Source: Patescibacteria group bacterium (GTDB taxonomy: Bacteria > Patescibacteriota > Kazan-3B-28 > UBA10110). From it: DNA of 60,094 bases. A program made the translations under genes and the position numbers. This document shows positions 53,897-60,094 of this stretch, piece by piece. The stretch is taken from assembly GCA_041659905.1 (NCBI GenBank), contig JBAZXK010000003.1:1-60094 (forward strand). Reading direction: 5' to 3'. Position 1 is the first letter of the stretch. Every line of letters starts with the position of its first letter. Below the pieces are notes generated by a model. That model was not told the origin of the DNA, ran no database searches, and was given only the letters and a program-made list of their open reading frames with translations.

Positions 53897-55111
53897 ATGA
53901 GGGAAAAAGTTACCATCGGCATTGATGTGGGTAGTTCGGAGGTTGTGGCTATTATTGGTCATCGCGGCGAAGACGAACTCCATCCCAATATTATCGGCGT
54001 CGGAGTCCAGGAGAATTCTGGTCTCAGAAAAGGGGTAGTCACCGATGTCGAAGAAACTGTGGCCGCCATCACGGCAGCTTTAGATAAGGCCGAACGGATG
54101 GCGGGAGTTCCGATCGAGAATGCTTATGTCAGCGTTAATGGGGAACATATCCAATCTTCTAATACCCGCGGATTGATTTCCGTAGCCCATCACGAAATCA
54201 GTAGCGACGATATTCTGCGAGTGATTGAGAGCGCCCAAACCGTGGCCTTACCAGCCAACCGCGAGATTATCCACGTAGTTCCGCGCACTTTCATTGTGGA
54301 CGGTCAGGATGGCATCAAAGACCCTATTGGGATGGCCGGGACCCGGCTAGAAGTAGATGCCCATGTCATTACCGGCGCCACCCCCTTTATTAAGAATTTG
54401 CAGAAGACAGTGGAACAGGCAGGCGTCAGTATCGCCAATTTTGTCATGGCTCCCTTGGCTGCCAGTAAGGCCGTGCTATCCAAGAAGCAAAAAGAACTCG
54501 GGGTAGTGGTGATCGATATCGGGGCTGGCACCACCGGATTAGTCGTTTTTGATGAGGGAGATATTTGCCATTCCGCCGTACTGCCGATCGGTTCATCCCA
54601 TCTCACTTCGGATATTGCTATTGGGCTCCGGACTTCCCTAGATGTCGCCGAAAAAGTTAAGGTCGAGTATGGTATGGCGAGCTCTGTCATGTTGTCCGAC
54701 AAAGACACCGTCGATCTTTCGCGGTTTGATAAATCGGAAGACCAAGTTATTTCCAGGCGTTACATTGCCGAAATTATCGAAGCGCGGTTGATGGAAATTT
54801 TTATGATGATTAAAGCCGAATTACGCAAAGCCGGAAAAGACGGTATGTTGCCGGCAGGGGCAGTGTTAGTGGGCGGCGGCGCTAAGTTGCCGGGCATTGT
54901 TGATTTTGCTAAAGATCATTTAGGTTTGTCGGCGCAAATCGGTTTTCCTATTGAATTGCGGGGAGTGGTCGATCGGTTGGACGATCCGCGGTTTGTCACT
55001 GCCATTGGTTTGGTTTTGTGGGGAATGGATGAAACTAGCAACCTATCCGGGTTCACTAGAGAACCTAGTTTTAGCGGAGTGATGGCTCGTTTGAGAAGTT
55101 GGTTTAAATAA
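53897..55111 (+). CDS. ftsA: cell division protein FtsA
   Basis: Actin-fold motifs IGIDVGSS, VIDIGAGTT and GGGAKLPG. The gene lies immediately upstream of ftsZ. Confidence 0.9.
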   Translation: MREKVTIGIDVGSSEVVAIIGHRGEDELHPNIIGVGVQENSGLRKGVVTDVEETVAAITAALDKAERMAGVPIENAYVSVNGEHIQSSNTRGLISVAHHEISSDDILRVIESAQTVALPANREIIHVVPRTFIVDGQDGIKDPIGMAGTRLEVDAHVITGATPFIKNLQKTVEQAGVSIANFVMAPLAASKAVLSKKQKELGVVVIDIGAGTTGLVVFDEGDICHSAVLPIGSSHLTSDIAIGLRTSLDVAEKVKVEYGMASSVMLSDKDTVDLSRFDKSEDQVISRRYIAEIIEARLMEIFMMIKAELRKAGKDGMLPAGAVLVGGGAKLPGIVDFAKDHLGLSAQIGFPIELRGVVDRLDDPRFVTAIGLVLWGMDETSNLSGFTREPSFSGVMARLRSWFK

Positions 55112-55314
55112 GTTATCCACAATTTGGGGATTAAAATTAGTGGGGATGGAATATGGCTTTTATGGCTCCCAAAGCCATTTTATAGAAAACCTTTTAATCC
55201 TTTTGACTTATCTTTTACTACTCATATATAATAAGAAGTCATTGGGTGGATAACTTGGGGATTGGGTGTGGATTATTTTAAGCCAACAAAATAATGCTTA
55301 GGAGGAATAATTAT

Positions 55315-56418
55315 ATGGTTTCGCGGAAAATGGTGTCCGATTTTGCGGGCGAAGGGGTGTTCGCTCGAATCAAAGTGGTGGGGGTTGGTGGTGGTGGTTC
55401 ACATGCCATTAATCGTATGATCGATGCCAATATCAAGGGCGTCGAATTTGTGGCAGTAAATACAGATGCGCAAGATTTACATTATTGCGAAGCGTCCACT
55501 AAAATTCATATTGGCCAAACTACCACGCGTGGACTTGGCGCGGGAGCTGATCCGGAAAAAGGCAAGAAATCAGCCGAAGAGAATAAAGAAGATATTTACA
55601 ATGCGCTCAAAGATGCCGACATGGTCTTTGTGACTTATGGTGCGGGCGGCGGCACTGGCACTGGCGCCGGTCCGGCAGTAGCGGAAATTGCGCGCGAACT
55701 AGGAGCCTTAACCGTAGCGGTGGTCACCAAGCCATTTTCTTTCGAGGGTTTGCGGCGCCGGAAAATTGCCGAAGAAGGGATTGAGGAACTTCGCACCAAA
55801 GTCGATACGCTGATTGTGATTCCCAACGACCGCCTGTTGCAGGTGATCGATAAAAAAACTTCGCTGTACGATGCCTTCTCGGTGGTCGATGATGTGTTGC
55901 GCCAAGGCGTCCAAGGCATTTCTGATTTAATTACTCAGCATGGCATGATCAATGTCGACTTTGCCGATGTCAAAGCCATTATGTCCAATTCCGGTTCCGC
56001 TTTGATGGGTATTGGCCGGGGCACTGGCGATAGCCGGACCTTAGAAGCTGCCAAGCAAGCCATCGACAGTCCTCTCTTAGAGCTTTCGATCGACGGAGCG
56101 AAAGGCGTTCTCTTTAACATCACCGGCGGTCCCGATCTGGGGATGTACGAAATTGACGAAGCGGCCAGAATTATTACCGAAGCGGCGGATCCGGATGCCA
56201 ATATTATCTTTGGCGCCGTGATCGATGAAGCGATGCAAGGCGAAGTAAAAATTACTGTAGTAGCGACTGGCTTTGATGATGATATGTACAGTGTCGGTCC
56301 AGGCCGGCGCCGGATGGAGCAGCCAGCCCGAGTTGGAGGACAGCCGTCCAAGGAAACTACCGAAGAAGACAAGGACGAGATCGATGTGCCGGCTTTCATC
56401 CGCAAAAAAATCAAGTAA
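55315..56418 (+). CDS. ftsZ: cell division GTPase FtsZ
   Basis: [13 protein letters not shown], the tubulin signature [13 protein letters not shown], and a C-terminal DIPAF-like DVPAFIRKK. The ATG at 55315 lies 9 nt after ggagg. Confidence 0.95.
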   Translation: MVSRKMVSDFAGEGVFARIKVVGVGGGGSHAINRMIDANIKGVEFVAVNTDAQDLHYCEASTKIHIGQTTTRGLGAGADPEKGKKSAEENKEDIYNALKDADMVFVTYGAGGGTGTGAGPAVAEIARELGALTVAVVTKPFSFEGLRRRKIAEEGIEELRTKVDTLIVIPNDRLLQVIDKKTSLYDAFSVVDDVLRQGVQGISDLITQHGMINVDFADVKAIMSNSGSALMGIGRGTGDSRTLEAAKQAIDSPLLELSIDGAKGVLFNITGGPDLGMYEIDEAARIITEAADPDANIIFGAVIDEAMQGEVKITVVATGFDDDMYSVGPGRRRMEQPARVGGQPSKETTEEDKDEIDVPAFIRKKIK

Positions 56419-56506
56419 ATATTCCCCAAGCTCTAATATTTACCCTCCGAGCGCAGTCGAGGAGTCACCTAAAGTACTTCTCGATTACACTCGAAGAATA
56501 ATAACT

Positions 56507-56532
56507 TAAAACAGCCTATCCGGGCTGTTTTA
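56507..56532 (+). terminator. rho-independent terminator after ftsZ
   Basis: aaaacagcc-tatccg-ggctgtttt. Confidence 0.65.
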
Positions 56533-56539
56533 AGTAGAC

Positions 56540-56568
56540 TTGTCAATTCCTGCAGTGCTGGCTATAAT
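56540..56568 (+). promoter_or_regulatory. sigma70-type promoter
   Basis: ttgtca, a 17-nt spacer, then tataat (56563-56568), upstream of the 56640 ORF. Confidence 0.55.
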
Positions 56569-56639
56569 AGGCCATTCATGGTCGATCATTGATTTTTAAA
56601 TTAACACTGCCCTAATGGGGTGAAAAAGGGAGGCCACTT

Positions 56640-57056
56640 ATGCCGCCTACGGCTATTAGATTTGTTCCGGTTATTTTTCTGACTCAAGTTCAAAAATTGG
56701 CTCAAAAACATGGCCTGCGGGGCCACGCTGATTTCTCTGGGAGCGAAACCTTTGGATCCATCCGGATATACAAACCTATGAAGGAAATGAAAAAAGGGGA
56801 GACCGGTTTCTCGGTACGTTTTCCTATTGCCAACAGAAAATCGCTCAATACCCATGAGGTGTATCTCGATATGAATCCCTTGTGGGTAGAGAAATTCATT
56901 GTGGACAGTCCGGACTTAGGTATCGCCGCAGGCCACGAAGCAGTGAGCCAGAAAGACATCACTTCAGAGACGATGAATCTTTTTCTCGCAGATGTTGCAG
57001 CTCTGTTTGCAGCTGAAACTACTAAGCTTCGGCTTCTCCTCGCCAGCACTGAATAA
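56640..57056 (+). CDS. hypothetical protein
   Basis: 138 aa. SD agggagg lies 6 nt upstream and a terminator follows. Confidence 0.5.
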   Translation: MPPTAIRFVPVIFLTQVQKLAQKHGLRGHADFSGSETFGSIRIYKPMKEMKKGETGFSVRFPIANRKSLNTHEVYLDMNPLWVEKFIVDSPDLGIAAGHEAVSQKDITSETMNLFLADVAALFAAETTKLRLLLASTE

Positions 57057-57114
57057 GATTAGTCTTAGCCTGGCTCTGCACACTAAATCATTACAACAAG
57101 ACCATGAAAATAAG

Positions 57115-57140
57115 CGACCTGTTTCTACACAGGTCGTTTT
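57115..57140 (+). terminator. rho-independent terminator
   Basis: cgacctgt-ttctac-acaggtcg followed by tttt. Confidence 0.7.
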
Positions 57141-57198
57141 AAATATCTTTCAACAAACTTTTCTGGCTGGGGGCGAGTTTTTTCTTGCTATCTTGGCG

Positions 57199-57245
57199 AC
57201 ACAAGATATTGGGGGTAAGTTAGGAATTAGATATCAACATAGTGT
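57199..57245 (+). promoter_or_regulatory. candidate pair of NrdR boxes
   Basis: acacaagatattgggg (57199-57214) and gatatcaacatagtgt (57230-57245), centres 31 bp apart. Both partially match the acaCwAtATaTwGtgt-type palindrome, directly upstream of nrdR and the RNR gene. Confidence 0.35.
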
Positions 57246-57251
57246 AGATTT

Positions 57252-57704
57252 ATGCGTTGCCCCGCCTGTAAACAAGGAGACACGGCTGTCATTGATTCCC
57301 GTGAAAGCGACGAAGCCGATAGTATTCGCCGCCGGCGCGAGTGTACCACCTGCCATTACCGTTTTACTACCTATGAAAGATTTGAAGTGCCCAATTTAAT
57401 GGTAGTGAAAAAAAGCGGGGCGCGGGAAATGTTTGATCGCCATAAACTTTCTCGGGGAATTTATAAGGCCTTTGAAAAACGCAACGTCAGTCCGGACAAA
57501 ATTGAAATAATGATTGATAGTATTGTCCGGGAAATTATGGAAAAATATGATGTAGAGATTCAAAGCACCGTCATCGGGGAAATGGTGCTGGAACGAATCA
57601 AGCAACTAGACAAGGTGGCCTACATTCGGTTCGCGTCAGTCTATCGGGAGTTTGTGGATTTAGCAGCTTTTCAAGAAGAGATCAAAAAATTAATTAGCAG
57701 ATAA
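57252..57704 (+). CDS. nrdR: transcriptional repressor NrdR
   Basis: MRCPACKQ...CTTCHYRFTTYE zinc ribbon followed by an ATP-cone. Confidence 0.93.
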   Translation: MRCPACKQGDTAVIDSRESDEADSIRRRRECTTCHYRFTTYERFEVPNLMVVKKSGAREMFDRHKLSRGIYKAFEKRNVSPDKIEIMIDSIVREIMEKYDVEIQSTVIGEMVLERIKQLDKVAYIRFASVYREFVDLAAFQEEIKKLISR

Positions 57705-57726
57705 TAATTACTACTTAGGAGGTGGT

Positions 57727-60094
57727 ATGGCAGTAACTCGCACGGGAGTTAAGTTGGTGTCGCGGTATTTTACGAGAGAGGGTGAGAATGTTTTTGATAA
57801 AGAAGAATGGGGGAAGCGCCGAGCCTATTTATTTGATAGTAAGGCCAATCAGGTTTTAATTGATTGGGAAGTCGAGGCGCCGGTGGCCTGGTCAGATACC
57901 GCCGTCAATATTGCCGCCTGGAAATATTTCCGGCGCAAGGGCGTACCAACTCCGGAAGGCCGCGAGATGAGCGTCCGCCAAATGATCGATCGGGTGGCTT
58001 TGGCGATTACTCAAGCCGGAAAAAAATTAGGTTATTTTTCCGATGACGAAGAAACCCAAACTTTTTACGACGAAATAGCGCATTTATTGCTGTTGCAAAA
58101 AGCAGCTTTCAATTCACCGGTCTGGTTTAACGTGGGTATTTTCGAAAAATACGGCATTACCAGAACTACGGACACTAATTTTTATTACTACAATCCCGAC
58201 ACGGACAAAGTTGAGGATTCGCTCGATAATTATGAACACCCGCAGTGCAGCGCCTGTTTTATTCAATCCATCAAAGACACATTAGAAGATATTTTTGATT
58301 TAGTTAAGCGCGAATCGCGGCTGTTTAAATGGGGCTCCGGCACGGGCACTAATTTTTCGACGCTACGCTCGCGGCTCGAACGATTATCGACTGGCGGCAA
58401 CCCTTCGGGGCTGATATCCTTCCTAAAAGTTTTAGATGCGGGAGCTGGTGCCACCAAGTCCGGCGGCATTACCCGGCGGGCGGCTAAAATGGTCATCGTT
58501 AATATCGATCATCCTGAAATCGAAGACTTTATTAAATGGAAAGCCAAAGAAGAAGAAAAAGCCCAGGCTTTAATCCGGGAAGGCTATGATGCCGATTTCA
58601 ACGGCGAGGCTTATCACACCGTGGCAGGGCAAAATTCGAATAATTCGATTCGGGTGACCGATGAATTTATGCAAGCTTACTTAGCGGACGAAGACTGGCA
58701 GACCAAAGCCGTGACTAATGGCGAGGTGATCCAGACTTACAAAGCGAAAGACCTAATGCGGATGATCGCCGAGTCAGCTTGGCGCTGCGCAGATCCGGGT
58801 ATGCAATACGATACCACGGTAAATCGGTGGCATACTTGCAAAATGTCCGGTCGGATCAACGCCAGTAATCCTTGCAGCGAATTTATGTTCCTAGATGATT
58901 CGGCCTGCAATCTTTCTTCCATCAACTTGGTGAAGTTTGCCGACGAAGAAGGCAAATTTGATATCGCCTCGTTCCGGCGGGCGGTAGAATTGATGATTTT
59001 AGCGCAAGAGATCTTGGTAGATTACAGTTCTTACCCGGTAGATAAAATCGCTCTCAATACCCACAAGTTTCGGGCGTTAGGACTGGGTTATGCCAACCTC
59101 GGCGCTTATTTGATGCGCTTAGGGATGCCCTACGACAGCAAAGAAGGGCGGGGAATGGCCGCGGCGATCACCGCTATTATGACCGGACGAGCTTACGCCA
59201 TGTCAGCTAAAGTTGCCGGCCGGATGGGGCCGTTTGTCGAATATCCGCTCAACACTGAGAGTATGCAAGAAGTTATCCGCCTGCATAAATATGCGGCCGA
59301 GAACTTGCGAGATATTCCAGATCCAGATTTGCAAACAGCAGTAATAGCGGATTGGACCGAAGCCTCAGACCGGGGCCAAGAGTACGGCTACCGCAATGCT
59401 CAAGTCACTGTCTTAGCTCCCACCGGCACTATTGGTCCATTGATGGATGTAGACACTACCGGCATCGAGCCAGACTTTGCTTTAGTAAAATATAAAAAGT
59501 TATCCGGCGGCGGCGGCTATTCAATTATTAACCAGTCAGTCGAGCCGGCCTTAAAAAACTTAGGCTATACGGTTGATCAAATTGAACAAATTAAACAATA
59601 TGTTCTAGAAAAAGGCACGATCGAGGGTTCCCCGGAAATTAAAGAAGAACATTTGCCGATTTTCGATTGTGCCAACAAATGTAATGGCGGCGTCCGCTTT
59701 ATTCAGCCGATGGGGCATATCGAAATGATGACCGCCGTGCAGCCGTTCCTGTCTGGAGCCATTTCTAAGACCGTGAACATGCCTGAGGAGGCTACCGTGG
59801 AGGCGATCGAGGAGATCTACATCGAAGCGTGGCGCCGGGGCCTTAAAGCCATCGCCATCTATCGGGATAATTGCAAAGCTTCCCAACCGCTGACTGCTAA
59901 AGGTGCCAGCCAACCCGGGATGTTAATGGTGCCGTCGCGCCATCGCGAGATGCCGTTAACCCGCGAGGGCGTCACTCATAAAGTTGTCATCAACGGCCAG
60001 CACAAAGTTTACATTACAGCTAATAAATTTGAGAACGGCGATCTGGGCGAGATCTTTATCGCTGCCGGCCTGGAAGGTTCGGTAGTATCAGGAT
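57727..60094 (+). CDS. nrdJ: ribonucleoside reductase, class II (adenosylcobalamin-dependent) type, N-terminal about 789 aa (runs off the window)
   Basis: Absent from the ORF track because it is open to the window end. ATG at 57727 after aggaggtgg. My translation reads MAVTRTGVKLVSRYFTREGENVFD..., CSACFIQS, NPCSEFMFLDDSACNLSSINL, and AIYRDNCK. nrdR lies upstream. Confidence 0.75.
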   Translation, partial: MAVTRTGVKLVSRYFTREGENVFDKEEWGKRRAYLFDSKANQVLIDWEVEAPVAWSDTAVNIAAWKYFRRKGVPTPEGREMSVRQMIDRVALAITQAGKKLGYFSDDEETQTFYDEIAHLLLLQKAAFNSPVWFNVGIFEKYGITRTTDTNFYYYNPDTDKVEDSLDNYEHPQCSACFIQSIKDTLEDIFDLVKRESRLFKWGSGTGTNFSTLRSRLERLSTGGNPSGLISFLKVLDAGAGATKSGGITRRAAKMVIVNIDHPEIEDFIKWKAKEEEKAQALIREGYDADFNGEAYHTVAGQNSNNSIRVTDEFMQAYLADEDWQTKAVTNGEVIQTYKAKDLMRMIAESAWRCADPGMQYDTTVNRWHTCKMSGRINASNPCSEFMFLDDSACNLSSINLVKFADEEGKFDIASFRRAVELMILAQEILVDYSSYPVDKIALNTHKFRALGLGYANLGAYLMRLGMPYDSKEGRGMAAAITAIMTGRAYAMSAKVAGRMGPFVEYPLNTESMQEVIRLHKYAAENLRDIPDPDLQTAVIADWTEASDRGQEYGYRNAQVTVLAPTGTIGPLMDVDTTGIEPDFALVKYKKLSGGGGYSIINQSVEPALKNLGYTVDQIEQIKQYVLEKGTIEGSPEIKEEHLPIFDCANKCNGGVRFIQPMGHIEMMTAVQPFLSGAISKTVNMPEEATVEAIEEIYIEAWRRGLKAIAIYRDNCKASQPLTAKGASQPGMLMVPSRHREMPLTREGVTHKVVINGQHKVYITANKFENGDLGEIFIAAGLEGSVVSG

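Noticed and set aside
1-60094. A search by eye for rRNA, RNase P RNA (GAGGAAAGUCC-type CR-I), tmRNA (tRNA-Ala-like 3' end plus tag) and SRP RNA (GGAAGCAGC-type motif).
   Set aside because: I found no convincing match. Absence cannot be proven without covariance-model scans.

Overview
This 60-kb window looks like a chromosomal segment of a small-genome, moderately AT-rich bacterium. Gene content, many orphan genes, intron-bearing RNA genes, a DGR and dense intergenic mosaic repeats suggest Patescibacteria/CPR. That placement is an inference only, because I could not run any search. Most of the window is housekeeping, read under the standard genetic code: a truncated xerC/D-like gene, an M23/LysM peptidase, an LCP protein, HtrA, ComEA, recG, tyrS, PBP1A, tig, clpP, holB, rarA, a csoR-copA copper cluster, rplK-rplA-rplJ-rplL, tgt, secDF, hisS, a HIT protein, rpsU, yqeY, ybeY, ftsA-ftsZ, and nrdR with a class II RNR. 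There are four tRNA genes: Leu-UAG, Thr-UGU, Tyr-GUA and Thr-GGU. I recognised no rRNA, CRISPR array, RNase P RNA, tmRNA or SRP RNA. The main finding is a complete diversity-generating retroelement (DGR) at 30.2-32.9 kb. It has a GC-rich cytoplasmic target gene whose last 129 nt (VR) differ from a downstream 129-nt template repeat (TR) at 18 positions, every one an adenine in TR. It also has an Avd-like gene and a DGR-type reverse transcriptase. Its architecture is unusual in three ways: avd is inverted and lies between TR and the RT, a (GT)13 microsatellite sits in the avd/RT divergent gap, and a repeat element is inserted in frame in the RT. Other items worth a second look: (1) a 202-nt group I intron in the anticodon loop of tRNA-Thr(GGU), with a free-standing LAGLIDADG-like ORF 12 nt upstream; (2) a GIY-YIG gene bracketed by 27-nt hairpin inverted repeats that are related to MITE-like repeats scattered through the window; (3) a duplicated tRNA-Tyr 3' end; (4) a 32-nt motif recurring after ribosomal-protein genes; (5) a 1-nt frameshift at a T-run in hisS; (6) a cluster of DnaA-box-like sites between ftsA and ftsZ.
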